64,000 bases of DNA. Origin: a bacterium. Its GTDB lineage: Bacteria > Zhuqueibacterota > Zhuqueibacteria > Residuimicrobiales > Krinioviventaceae. The stretch spans positions 32,001-96,000 of the forward strand of contig CAXXFV010000029.1 in assembly GCA_963674595.2 (NCBI GenBank), written 5' to 3'. Positions 51,943 to 64,000 of this stretch are shown one piece after another (positions within the stretch are counted from its first letter, which is position 1; every line of letters starts with the position of its first letter). The position numbers were made by a program, and so were the translations under genes. Under the pieces are notes generated by a model. That model did not search any database and was not told the DNA's origin. It saw nothing but the letters and a program-made list of their open reading frames with translations.

Positions 51943-53895
51943 ATGAATAACCAGGATAAAGCTATGAATTTAAAGTTCACCAAACGTTTTTTAATTTCAT
52001 GTCTCTCCCTGATCATATCCGGTATGGGATGCACTCAACAAAAACATGATATTGAAAAATATCCCTACCCGGGATATTCCAATCTGTCAGAAAAGGCCGG
52101 CTGGCTGCAACAAGACCTGCGTAAAAACAACCTGCAATACGGCCTTGTTATGCCCAGGGTCCTGCTCCCGCCCGAGGGAAACGCTGATCTCTCTTCTGCC
52201 CATCAGGAAGACGGCGGCAACCGTACCGGTCCATATCTGGCAACGCTCAGTTTTCAATATGCGGTAACCAAGGACAGTTTGGTTAAAAAGTGGGCAAACG
52301 AATCCTTTGAGGCTATTGAAATACTAGAAAAAGTAACAGGCGTAGAGGGCAGTATTGCCCGAAGTTTTAATAAATCAACTGTTAAACAACGTCACGAAGA
52401 CTGGTTCTTTTATCCCATGGAGTGGCACCAGTCCACCAGTATGCCCGGTTATCGTTTTCTTGGCGATCCCAGTTCCGACACCTATTCAAACCTGATGTAT
52501 GGCCTGGCGAATTATTATGACTTGGCGGCTGATGATGCTTACAAAAAACGTGTGCAGGATTGGGTTCGCAAAGTTACAGACAGAATGATTGAAAACGATA
52601 TGCGCATTGTGGATATTGACGGCAAAATGACGCTGTGGGGAAATTACAGTCCTTCGCTGGACAAGGAAAAATTAAACTTTTTGCTGGCTCTGTATCATCT
52701 TAAAATCGCTTATCACATTACCGGCGATGAAAAATACCAGGATACATACCTTGAGCTTGTTAACAAACATTTGTATGCCGATAATGCCATATTGGCGGCG
52801 TCTTTTAAACCGCCGTACGTTCCCTGGGATACCTACCATTTTATGAAAGGCGCTTACCTGCTGTTAAAGTATGAAACAGACGGGTATTTAAGGAATAAAT
52901 ATCTGGCAGCGCTTGAACGGTTTTGGCTCAAAGAATATCCCTGCAAAAACATGACACTGCAGCTTGTTTATAATCATTATGTGCCGGACCAGGGCGGTTT
53001 TGATGAAAAGTCCATCAAACAAATGGTTGACTGGCATGGCGCAAGACGATGGACGAGCGACGACATGATGCGCAAGGGCAACGGCGTGGAGCGTATAAAA
53101 GGCACCTGGATTGAGCCGTCGCATTTTTACCTGCTTGTATATTGGAAAGCGCGTTACCTGCAATTGTTAACAGCCGACGGCAACATCGGCAAAGGCAATC
53201 CGCCTGAATGGGCCGTGCCCAAACCTGATAAATATAAAGGTATGGTGTATGTCCCGGCAGGAGAATTTACAATGGGCAGTAATACCGGTGATCAGGATGA
53301 ATCGCCGCAGCGTACGGTTTATGTCGATGGATTTTATATTGATCGATTTGAAGTGACCCAGGCGCAGTATGCAAAGTTTAAAAAAGGTTATAAATACGAT
53401 GAAAAAATTGTGGATGAAACGGTTCTTAAACAAGAGTGGATGGATAATAACAAGCCGGTTGTAAATATAAACTGGTACGAGGCTGTTGAATATTGTAAAT
53501 GGGCCGGGAAACGTCTGCCCACAGAAGCAGAATGGGAAAAAGCGTCGCGAGGTGTTGATGGACGAAAATATCCCTGGGGCGAAATACATGATATGAGTTT
53601 TGGCGAACCCGACGGTATTGCCAAAACAGCGGCATGGCGGGCCGGCAAAAGTCCCTATGGCGCCTATTGGATGGCCGGGGGACCGTGGGAATGGACGGCC
53701 GACTGGTACCAGCCCTATCCCGGTAACACCGTTGAAAGCCCGGCCTATGGCGAAAAATACAAGGTCATCAGAGGGGCATACCGCATTGCCGATCCCAGTA
53801 TGCAGCGATGTGCACACCGCTATTACCTTGATCCGAATATGAAACAGAGCGGTTATCCGGTTGGATTTAGATGCGTCATTTCTGCGGACGAATAG
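51943..53895 (+). CDS. lipoprotein with C-terminal FGE-sulfatase (SUMF1) domain
   Basis: PAGEFTMG, EVT, RLPTEAEWEKA, WEWTADW, GFRC. Confidence 0.88.
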   Translation: MNNQDKAMNLKFTKRFLISCLSLIISGMGCTQQKHDIEKYPYPGYSNLSEKAGWLQQDLRKNNLQYGLVMPRVLLPPEGNADLSSAHQEDGGNRTGPYLATLSFQYAVTKDSLVKKWANESFEAIEILEKVTGVEGSIARSFNKSTVKQRHEDWFFYPMEWHQSTSMPGYRFLGDPSSDTYSNLMYGLANYYDLAADDAYKKRVQDWVRKVTDRMIENDMRIVDIDGKMTLWGNYSPSLDKEKLNFLLALYHLKIAYHITGDEKYQDTYLELVNKHLYADNAILAASFKPPYVPWDTYHFMKGAYLLLKYETDGYLRNKYLAALERFWLKEYPCKNMTLQLVYNHYVPDQGGFDEKSIKQMVDWHGARRWTSDDMMRKGNGVERIKGTWIEPSHFYLLVYWKARYLQLLTADGNIGKGNPPEWAVPKPDKYKGMVYVPAGEFTMGSNTGDQDESPQRTVYVDGFYIDRFEVTQAQYAKFKKGYKYDEKIVDETVLKQEWMDNNKPVVNINWYEAVEYCKWAGKRLPTEAEWEKASRGVDGRKYPWGEIHDMSFGEPDGIAKTAAWRAGKSPYGAYWMAGGPWEWTADWYQPYPGNTVESPAYGEKYKVIRGAYRIADPSMQRCAHRYYLDPNMKQSGYPVGFRCVISADE

Positions 53896-54119
53896 GATGA
53901 CAGTTGCTTTTTATAAGCGGGAAAGTCGACCTAGTGTCACCCTGAGCGGAGTCGAAGGGGGACACTTTTGGGATAGGGGATGAAATCCCGGTTTTATTGG
54001 TTCCGCAGGGGATTTCCAATCCTCTGCGAGCGGAGGCGTTTAGGCGGTTTTTGATGCCCTGCTGTTTTTATTAATTATCAACCTCTGCCCTACCCTCACC
54101 TATTTTTCTCAAAAACCAC

Positions 54120-54370
54120 TTGCGCTAATACTGTAGAATTTGTAATATTCTTTGTCAGCCATACAGGACTGTTTTGGGGACGATTGGTCGTGCATGGGAG
54201 TTCCTGAGGTCTTTTTGCTGGTTTACCATTATTATTAAAAACGGGATTTAAGGGTACAATATATTGTATTTATATTATTTACAGAACATTGTTGGTATAT
54301 ATTATATAATATATTTATAAAATTTATTATAGGTAGTTATCAGATTTGTTTAACACTATGCTATGTGCTT
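54120..54370 (+). ncRNA. promoter + leader module, copy L (hairpin 1 plus alternative tail)
   Basis: TTGCGC-17bp-TAATAT; GTGCATGGGAGTTCCTGA; AAAAACGGGATTTAA; AATATATTGTATTTATATTATTTACA. Confidence 0.6.
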
Positions 54371-54428
54371 TAGAAATAAGTTAATCAATAATAAAATTTT
54401 CATATAACGATAGAAAAGGAATTTTAGC

Positions 54429-56174
54429 ATGTCATATGAGACTGCATTGAAAATTGTAGATGTAATTAGTGACATTCACAAAAAAAGATACCTTCTTCCA
54501 GCAATACAAAGAGAATTAGTATGGGATACTGAACAAATTGAAAAATTATTCGATAGCCTTATGAGAGATTATCCAATTAGTTCTTTTTTATTTTGGAAAG
54601 TCGAAAAAGATAAAGTGAATGAATATGAATTTTATGAATTTATAAGAGATTATCATGAGAGAGATAAACAACATAATCCAAAAGCAAATGTGACAGGAGA
54701 TGATGAAATAACCGCAGTGTTGGATGGCCAACAAAGATTGACATCATTATATATAGCATTAAAAGGGACATATGCTTATAAATTGCCACGGAAAAGATGG
54801 GATAATGATCAAGCATATCCAAAAAGAAAGCTATATTTAAATCTGGTAAAAATGTCAGACGAAGCTGATTGTGAATATGATTTTAAATTTTTGACTAAAG
54901 AAGAGTCTCAAAAAAACAATGATAACAATTACTGGTTTTCTGTTGGAAAAATTCTAAATTTAAAAGAGCCTGGTGACGTTAGTGAATATTTAAGTGAAAA
55001 TGTATTTGATGATTATTCCAAAGAAAAACGAAAATTTGCTAATAAAGCACTATTCAAATTACATAACGTTATTCATGAAAGGGGTTCCATCAGCTATTAC
55101 CTCGAAAAAAGTCAAATATTAGATAAAGTTTTAAATATTTTTATTAGAATAAATAGCGGTGGAACTGAACTAAATTATTCAGATTTATTGCTTTCAATAG
55201 CTTCGGCTCAATGGAAAAAAAGAGATGCAAGAGAAGAAATAATAAATTTTGTTGATGAATTAAATAATATTGATGGTGGTTTTAATTTTAATAAAGACTT
55301 TATTTTAAAATCTTGCTTGATTTTAAACGACTTTAAGGATATAGCATTTAAAGTTGATAATTTTAATAAAAAAAATATGGTTAAAATTGAGGATAATTGG
55401 GAAAAAGTTACTAATGCAATTAGATTGTCAGTACATCTTGTTTCAAGTTTTGGTTATAACAGAGAAACACTTACATCAAATAATGCTTTAATTCCAATTG
55501 CTTACTATTTACAAAAAATTAATGCTCAAGAAACTTATATAAATTCCTCACGAAATTTAAGTGACAAATCGGATATTAAAAGGTGGTTAATTTTATCGCT
55601 TATTAAAAGAACTTTTAGCGGTCAACCAGATAATGTGCTTCGCCCAATTCGAAATATAATAAAAGATTCAAATTCCAGTTTTCCATTGAAGCAAATAATA
55701 AATAAATTTAAAGGAACAAATAAGTCACTAATATTTTCTGATGAAGATATTGAAAATTTAACACTTTACAAATATGGACAGGGCTTTACTTTTTCTGTCC
55801 TTTCATTGATATATCCAAATTTGGATTATAAAAATCAATTTCATATTGACCATATACATCCCAAGAGTTTTTTTACTAAATCACAACTTAGAAAAAAGGG
55901 AATACTTGACGAAGATATAGAAAATTATCAAGATTATGTTAATTATATTAGTAATCTTCAAATATTAGAAGCGACACCGAATATAGAAAAACTAAACAAA
56001 GATTTTGAAACTTGGCTGGATAATATTTGTCCTGATGAAGACTCAAGAAATGAATACATAAAAACTCATTTAATTCCAAATGTTAATTTAAACTTCAAAA
56101 ATTTCATCGAATTTAGTGATAAAAGAGACAAATTGCTAATACATAGATTAAAAAAGATGTTACAAGCAGATTAA
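54429..56174 (+). CDS. GmrSD-like DUF262-DUF1524 restriction endonuclease
   Basis: LPAIQRELVW, LDGQQRLT, F.RINSGG, HIDHIHP, NLQ. Confidence 0.9.
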   Translation: MSYETALKIVDVISDIHKKRYLLPAIQRELVWDTEQIEKLFDSLMRDYPISSFLFWKVEKDKVNEYEFYEFIRDYHERDKQHNPKANVTGDDEITAVLDGQQRLTSLYIALKGTYAYKLPRKRWDNDQAYPKRKLYLNLVKMSDEADCEYDFKFLTKEESQKNNDNNYWFSVGKILNLKEPGDVSEYLSENVFDDYSKEKRKFANKALFKLHNVIHERGSISYYLEKSQILDKVLNIFIRINSGGTELNYSDLLLSIASAQWKKRDAREEIINFVDELNNIDGGFNFNKDFILKSCLILNDFKDIAFKVDNFNKKNMVKIEDNWEKVTNAIRLSVHLVSSFGYNRETLTSNNALIPIAYYLQKINAQETYINSSRNLSDKSDIKRWLILSLIKRTFSGQPDNVLRPIRNIIKDSNSSFPLKQIINKFKGTNKSLIFSDEDIENLTLYKYGQGFTFSVLSLIYPNLDYKNQFHIDHIHPKSFFTKSQLRKKGILDEDIENYQDYVNYISNLQILEATPNIEKLNKDFETWLDNICPDEDSRNEYIKTHLIPNVNLNFKNFIEFSDKRDKLLIHRLKKMLQAD

Positions 56175-56243
56175 ATGAAAGAAGGATTGATCGTCCCGGG
56201 ATTCTACCCTGGAACGTAATAACATAAGGGCTTGGTTCTTTAA

Positions 56244-56810
56244 ATGTGCCAGAGAAAAATCATGAAAAAAAACACTGTTATATTTTTTTTAACGCTTTTA
56301 ATTACCTTCTATTTCCATACCAATGCTACGGCTGATGATATCTTTCCTGATCATAATGGAACTTTTATCAACGACTTTGCGAATTTAATAGATCAAAAGG
56401 ATGAAAATATCATAAAATCCCTTTGTGCTGATATTTTTAAAGATGAATTGGCTGTTATTGTTGTATGTACTATTGAATCCTTACCGAAAGTAAAGAAAGA
56501 GTATAATGATCCTCTTCTTTATGGAACTGATTTATTTAATTACTGGGGTATCGGTCGAAAAGGTATTAATGATGGATTACTGATATTAATAAGCAAGGGT
56601 GATAGCAAAGCTGCAATTTGCACAGGCTATTTAATTGAGTATTATTTACCTGATCCTGATGCAGACATTGTATTAAAGTCGTATATGTTTCCTCATTTCA
56701 AACAAGGTAATTATGGCAAGGGTATTATAGAAGGTATTATTGAAGCAAGAAAAGTGATGGAGAAAAACCGCAGATTATTATCTCATGAGAAAAATGGGGA
56801 AAGAAAATAA
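56244..56810 (+). CDS. TPM-domain protein
   Basis: INDFANLI, LFN.WGIG..NDGLLIL, FKQGNY..GI. Confidence 0.85.
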   Translation: MCQRKIMKKNTVIFFLTLLITFYFHTNATADDIFPDHNGTFINDFANLIDQKDENIIKSLCADIFKDELAVIVVCTIESLPKVKKEYNDPLLYGTDLFNYWGIGRKGINDGLLILISKGDSKAAICTGYLIEYYLPDPDADIVLKSYMFPHFKQGNYGKGIIEGIIEARKVMEKNRRLLSHEKNGERK

Positions 56811-56916
56811 AGCTTACTTTTCGTTGCTTTGCCAAGTTTGATCGTCCCGGAATTTTATCCCTGGACTCCAAATAAATCAGGGCTTACTGCCCTCCCCCAT
56901 TTTTCTCAAAAACCAC

Positions 56917-56986
56917 TTGCGCTAAAACTGTAGAATTTGTAATATTCTTTGTCAGCCATAAAGGACTGTTTTTTCAGGACGATCAA
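56917..56986 (+). promoter_or_regulatory. promoter + first ~35 nt of the module (copy M), ending at a REP-like end
   Basis: TTGCGC-17bp-TAATAT; GTCAGCCATAAAGGACTGTTTTTTCAGGACGAT then CAA. Confidence 0.6.
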
Positions 56987-57033
56987 ATCAAGTTAGCCGA
57001 CCAGCTCGTTTCATTCTCTGTTAGATAAAAGTC

Positions 57034-57804
57034 TTGTACGTGAGGAGAAATATGAAAACACTTTTTATTGGACATGGATCACCGTTAAATGCCATAAAAG
57101 AAAATTCATATACACGTTACCTGACGCAATTGGGTAAAGAATTAAAAAAACCGGAATGTATTATGGTTTTTTCTGCGCATTGGCTGACCCGGGGAACGTT
57201 CATCACCGGCAATCCCAAACCGGAACAAATTTATGATTTTTATGGCTTTCCTAAAGAATTATATCAGGTCCGATACCAGCCTGCCGGCATGCAAAACCTT
57301 GCAGAAAAAATCAGTCAGGAAATAACAGAGATACAAGTTGATTATAATAGAGGGATTGATCATGCCGCATGGGCCGTTATTAAACACATGTATCCTGATC
57401 AAAGCATTCCGGTCATTGAGATGAGCCTTGATGTTGAACTGACAGAATCGGCTCATTTCCAGCTCGGGAAAAAGATTTCAGCGCTGAATCTCGATAACGT
57501 ACTATATATCGGAAGCGGAAATTTGGTGCATAATTTATACGAGATTAATTTTGATGATGCTGCCAAACCATTTGATTGGTCAACAGAAACAAACAAGTGG
57601 ATAGAAGACAAGGTGAACAGTAAAAACATTGATGAATTAATACATGCCCAAAAATATATGCCGAACTATAAAAAAGCCGTCCCGACAGATGATCATTATT
57701 TGCCTTTGTTTTACATACTTGCAATGATGAAAGAAAAGATGAATATTGAATATAATGAAATACAAAATGGCTCCATTTCCATGATGAGTATTTCAGTAGA
57801 ATAG
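57034..57804 (+). CDS. DODA/YgiD-type extradiol dioxygenase
   Basis: FIGHGSP, SAHW, YDFYGFP, GIDH.AW, GSGNLVHNL, PT.DHYLPL. Confidence 0.92.
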   Translation: MYVRRNMKTLFIGHGSPLNAIKENSYTRYLTQLGKELKKPECIMVFSAHWLTRGTFITGNPKPEQIYDFYGFPKELYQVRYQPAGMQNLAEKISQEITEIQVDYNRGIDHAAWAVIKHMYPDQSIPVIEMSLDVELTESAHFQLGKKISALNLDNVLYIGSGNLVHNLYEINFDDAAKPFDWSTETNKWIEDKVNSKNIDELIHAQKYMPNYKKAVPTDDHYLPLFYILAMMKEKMNIEYNEIQNGSISMMSISVE

Positions 57805-58023
57805 CCGTAGGGTGCGGTTCTACCGCACATCAAGTAACTAAAATAAATAATCTATACAATGTTTCGAAACCGGTCTCAACGCAAAGGCCGCAAAAGTGCC
57901 ACCCTTCGACTCCGCTCAGGGTGACCAAAAGATATATCTTAAAAGTTGTCCGGATTCCTGTTTCACAGGAATACCAAATGTTGATATAAAATAAATATTA
58001 TTCCTTAAAAAAAAGAGTTTTAA

Positions 58024-58671
58024 ATGAAACTAGAATTATCCAACCATGACCGCAGCCGTCTGGACCTGCGGGTCGCTGAAACGGAAAAGCGCACCCAAAT
58101 CCAGATTGTTTTGTCACTCATCCGGCGCAGTGACTCTTATGATGAACTGCCCTGGAAAGCTTTTGCATTGGGCGCGTCCGTTGCCGGCCTGCTGCTCCTT
58201 GTGCTGGAATGGCGGCTGTACAACTGGTATTCGCCTGTAACAACGCTCATCGCGGTGTTGGGCATATTGGGGTGCGGCGCTTTGCCGGCATTGTTGACGG
58301 TTATTTTTCCCCGATTCGCCAAATGCTTTTTATCCGTTCACCGCGCTGAGGTGGAAGTGCAGCAATATGCAAAATCCTTATTCCTGGATAGGGAACTGTT
58401 TGCCACCCAAAAAAGAACAGGCATTCTTGTCCTCATCAGCTTGTTTGAGCGGCGCATTGTTATCTTGCCGGACAAGGGATTAGCCGACCGGTTAAAACAA
58501 GAGGATGTGCAAAACATGATCGCGGCCATGACGCCGCTTTTGAAACGTAAACAAATCAGCCGGGCCTTTGATGTTGCTTTGGACGAACTGTCCCGCATAA
58601 TGGCAGCCACCGGGCCATCCGCTAGTGAGAATGAACTGCCCAATCAAATTATCGAGGAGGACGGCGAATGA
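58024..58671 (+). CDS. TPM-domain membrane protein
   Basis: EKRT, TGILV.ISLFERR..I.PD.G, NELPN. Confidence 0.85.
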   Translation: MKLELSNHDRSRLDLRVAETEKRTQIQIVLSLIRRSDSYDELPWKAFALGASVAGLLLLVLEWRLYNWYSPVTTLIAVLGILGCGALPALLTVIFPRFAKCFLSVHRAEVEVQQYAKSLFLDRELFATQKRTGILVLISLFERRIVILPDKGLADRLKQEDVQNMIAAMTPLLKRKQISRAFDVALDELSRIMAATGPSASENELPNQIIEEDGE

Positions 58672-59615
58672 AAACACGATCAATATTCCTGTTGCTCCCG
58701 CTGGTGCTGTTAACGGGCGTTTTGCTGTTTGCTGCGGATGTTCCCTATCTCACCGGACGCATCACGGACAACGCACAGCTTTTATCCCCGGAGGTCAGCC
58801 GGTCATTAACGGAAACCATGAAAGCGCATGAAGACCGCACCGGAAACCAGATCGCCGTGCTGACGGTCCCCACAATCGGAGACGAGAGCATTGAAGAATA
58901 TGCGTCCGAGGTTTTTGAAGCATGGAAACTCGGACAAAAAGGCCAAGATAACGGCCTTTTAATTGTGGTGGTCCCCAACGACCGGCGAATGCGCATTGAA
59001 GTAGGCTATGGCCTGGAGCCGATACTCACGGACGGCATGGCCGGGCAGATTATCCGCACGGAAATGACCCCCAAATTTAAAAACGGGGACTATAACAGCG
59101 GCATTGCTGACGGCGTTGGTGCTGTTATTCAGGTGCTTGAAGGCGGGGTGTTGCCAGAAGAAACGGTCGACAGCGGGTCTAAAAAATCATCCGGATTATT
59201 TCAGATGGAGGGGCCTGACCTTCCTATCAAAGAGCGTATTCTCATGGGGGCATTTATTTTCGGAATTATCGGATTATTTACGGCCATTGCCCTGTTCGGG
59301 GCCGGTATCGGCTGGTTTCTCTACTTTTTCCTCATACCGTTCTGGGCCACATTTCCGATTGTAATTTTGGGGTCCACCGGTGCGTTTTATCTGTTTCTCA
59401 CCTATCTGATCGGGTTCCCGGTGGCAAAGCTGTTTATACGAAAGACCGCCTGGTACAAAAAAGCGAATAAAAATTTGCGCACCAAAGGTCATACTTCCAT
59501 CGGCGGGTTCACGGTGCGGTCCGGCAGTTCCGGCGGATCGTGGTCATCAGGCGGATCAAGTTTTTCCGGCGGTGGAGGATCATCCGGAGGCGGCGGTGCG
59601 TCGGGAAGCTGGTAG
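58668..59615 (+). CDS. YgcG-like TPM-domain protein with Gly-rich tail
   Basis: RIEVGYGLE, FSGGGGSSGGGGASGSW. Confidence 0.92.
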   Translation: MKTRSIFLLLPLVLLTGVLLFAADVPYLTGRITDNAQLLSPEVSRSLTETMKAHEDRTGNQIAVLTVPTIGDESIEEYASEVFEAWKLGQKGQDNGLLIVVVPNDRRMRIEVGYGLEPILTDGMAGQIIRTEMTPKFKNGDYNSGIADGVGAVIQVLEGGVLPEETVDSGSKKSSGLFQMEGPDLPIKERILMGAFIFGIIGLFTAIALFGAGIGWFLYFFLIPFWATFPIVILGSTGAFYLFLTYLIGFPVAKLFIRKTAWYKKANKNLRTKGHTSIGGFTVRSGSSGGSWSSGGSSFSGGGGSSGGGGASGSW

Positions 59616-59906
59616 GTGACAAGATTTTACATAAATTTTGAAATATTCTCCCATTAATATCGGTTAACAAGTAAAAGAATGACAACCTTTGAAAATCAAT
59701 TAAAAAACCGGTTCTGATATATCGTTTTTATTCAAGCCGGGTCGGCACGTGTTTAGAAAAAAGATTATTGATTTGGGTCCATCCCGGAAAAAGTTGCCGC
59801 TTATTACTGAATAATGTTATAACATTTTAAGGAACACTGACACCGTAACACGTGTCAGGTTTCGAACGGCAGAAAAGGTGAATTGTTATAAACGATATTA
59901 ATTCTT

Positions 59907-60734
59907 TTGGGAGATTTTGATATGAAGCACAAGATAAAATACCTGTATTTTTTAATCGTTACAGCACTTGTTTTTCAATACTGTGCGACTGTCCCAGTCA
60001 CAGGAAGAAAACAGTTAAATCTGGTTCCTGCCTCTACCATGTTATCGATGAGTTTCCAGCAATATGCTGACTTTTTGGATTCCAACAAGGTGAGCCAAAA
60101 TCAGCAACAAACAGCGATGGTTAAACGGGTGGGCGCCAGAATTGAAAAGGCGGTGGAACAATATTTCATAGAAAAAAATATGGCGGATGAGCTTAAAAAT
60201 TACGCCTGGGAATTTAACCTCGTGGAGAGCAATGAAGTGAATGCCTGGTGTATGCCCGGCGGCAAGGTTGTGGTTTACACCGGAATTTTACCTGTCACCA
60301 AGGATGAATCAGGGTTAGCGGTAGTCATGGGACACGAAATTGCCCATGCCATTGCCGGACACGGGAATGAGCGCATGAGTCAGGGATTGCTGACAGAAAT
60401 GGGCGGTATGGCGCTGATGAAAGCGCTGGAACAAAAACCCGCACAGACTCAACAATTATGGCAGACTGCGTTTGGAGTTGGTGCTCAGTTTGGGGTCCTC
60501 CTCCCTTTTAGCCGGCTGCATGAAAGTGAGGCTGATCATCTGGGACTCATTTTTATGGCAATGGCCGGTTATGATCCCAATAAGGCAGTCGAGTTTTGGC
60601 AGCGAATGGCAGCGAATAGTTCAGGACAAAAACCGCCTGAATTTATGAGCACTCATCCATCGGATGAAACAAGAATTAGAAAGATACAAGCTGAACTGCC
60701 TGAAGCAATGAAATATTACAAAAAATCGGGCTGA
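59907..60734 (+). CDS. M48 family metallopeptidase
   Basis: NAWCMPGGK, HEIAH, ESEAD, STHP. Confidence 0.93.
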   Translation: MGDFDMKHKIKYLYFLIVTALVFQYCATVPVTGRKQLNLVPASTMLSMSFQQYADFLDSNKVSQNQQQTAMVKRVGARIEKAVEQYFIEKNMADELKNYAWEFNLVESNEVNAWCMPGGKVVVYTGILPVTKDESGLAVVMGHEIAHAIAGHGNERMSQGLLTEMGGMALMKALEQKPAQTQQLWQTAFGVGAQFGVLLPFSRLHESEADHLGLIFMAMAGYDPNKAVEFWQRMAANSSGQKPPEFMSTHPSDETRIRKIQAELPEAMKYYKKSG

Positions 60735-60943
60735 GAAATCAGCAATTTTATCTAAAACATAAAGTTGTCCGGAAGGACTTTTTAAAGCCGAATTTTATGG
60801 GCACTGTAACCTTGGGCAATTTAACGAAACCTTTTGTTTATTGAAATAACTGTCTGCAATATATCGTTAACATTTTAAGAAATTATAATTCTATATTTTT
60901 GATAATAGAAAAAACATGAGTTTCAACCAAGAAAAGGAGATAG

Positions 60944-63121
<2,178 letters not shown>

Positions 63122-63130
63122 TATTACAAG

Positions 63131-63183
63131 TTGATCGTTCCGGGGTTCTGCCCCGGAACGGATTAACAAGAGGGCTTGGCCCT
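63131..63183 (+). repeat. TTGATCG-family REP
   Basis: TTGAT-CGTTCCGGGG-TTCTG-CCCCGGAACG..AGGGCTTGGCCCT. Confidence 0.85.
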
Positions 63184-63265
63184 CCGACTTGTTCTTTGAA
63201 TAATTGTAAACTGGATTCTTGTTTTCGCAGGAATAACAGGTTTCAATCTTTGATATTATAAAAAT

Positions 63266-63296
63266 AAAAAAGGCCGGTCAAACAACCGGCCTTTTT
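63266..63296. terminator. bidirectional terminator
   Basis: AAAAAGGCCGGT-CAAACA-ACCGGCCTTTTT between convergent genes. Confidence 0.85.
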
Positions 63297-63374
63297 CTAT
63301 TTTGGGTAAAATCCGTATGTTCTTGCTGTTAATTGCGGACATTACGTGAAAGGGTCAGAACTTGTTTACGTCAT

Positions 63375-64000
63375 TCAATTTTTAATGGCAGGTATAACTT
63401 TTAAAAGAATTTCTTTAACCTTTGCTCTATCACCTGTCATAACAACAACACATTTTAAATGAGGAATTATATATATTTTTTGTTCGGCTGCTCCCGACGC
63501 AAAAAAGACATCATTCTTTTCAAGCAATTGAGCAACCGCTGAGGTTGGTAAAAATTGCCACAGATGATAACCATAACTGCGATCCTCCTTGGAGAACGCA
63601 ACATGCACCTTGACAGATTCGTCGATCCATTCCTTTGAAACTATTTGCTTGCCTTTCCACTCTCCATTCTGAAGGTATAATTGACCGAATAACGCCATAT
63701 CCAGGGGACGCAAATCCAGGCCGCCTGCTGTGTTGGTCAGGTCATGCGGACCTTTGGCCCAATACCAGTCGGTAATTCCCAGTGGTGTAAATAAATATTT
63801 TTTCGCATAATCTTCAGCAGACATTCCCGTTCGATTTTTTATAATTCCCGAAAGCAAACAGGAACTGCCGCTGCTGTAACTCCATACTTTTCCCGGTTCA
63901 AAAGCTACGGGCCTGTTTAACATATACTCTACATAATCGTCACTGGACCCGAGACTGTCTTCACTTTCAAATCCGGCTGTCATAGCCAAAAGATGATGTA
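63375..64000 (-). CDS. class C beta-lactamase-like serine hydrolase (5' part outside the window)
   Basis: PG..WSYS, LF.PLGI, DMA.FGQLYL..G.W.G.QIVS..W, YGY.W. Confidence 0.88.
   Translation of the reverse strand, partial: HHLLAMTAGFESEDSLGSSDDYVEYMLNRPVAFEPGKVWSYSSGSSCLLSGIIKNRTGMSAEDYAKKYLFTPLGITDWYWAKGPHDLTNTAGGLDLRPLDMALFGQLYLQNGEWKGKQIVSKEWIDESVKVHVAFSKEDRSYGYHLWQFLPTSAVAQLLEKNDVFFASGAAEQKIYIIPHLKCVVVMTGDRAKVKEILLKVIPAIKN

Noticed and set aside
53167-53817. Long antisense ORFs over real genes (also 27576-28166, 47950-48462, 61451-61939)
   Set aside because: Shadow ORFs opposite well-supported genes, with no recognisable motifs.
56244-59615. Three TPM genes without lemA as a novel system
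   Set aside because: These are common families, and lemA may simply lie elsewhere in the genome.
60880-60910. PerR/Fur-like box upstream of katG
   Set aside because: Only half of the consensus matches, in very AT-rich DNA.

Overview
AT-rich bacterial accessory region. The YPNPFN-type C-terminal sorting domains suggest a Calditrichota/KSB1/Ignavibacteria-like host (inference). It holds about 50 genes, and all 41 between 13.0 and 63.1 kb lie on the + strand. The cargo is defence and accessory: an EcoRII-like type II RM system with Vsr, a type I RM system, GmrSD, three Gp49/HigB-type TA pairs, a Schlafen/AlbA fusion, a small alarmone synthetase, orphan immunity proteins and secreted repeat proteins. 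A few ordinary genes are interspersed (dut, DEAD-box helicase, katG). The intergenic DNA is a mosaic of reusable modules: (i) a sigma70-type promoter in 14 copies, 10 of them followed by a conserved, apparently structured ~100-180 nt leader/ncRNA that I do not recognise, always pointing into the next gene; (ii) a REP-associated tyrosine transposase (RAYT) with its dispersed TTGATCG hairpins and several other REP-like families; (iii) integron attC sites with no integrase in the window. One duplicated intergenic module occurs once empty and once carrying a gene. Together these suggest an undescribed gene-capture and expression platform. All alignments and folds were done by eye.
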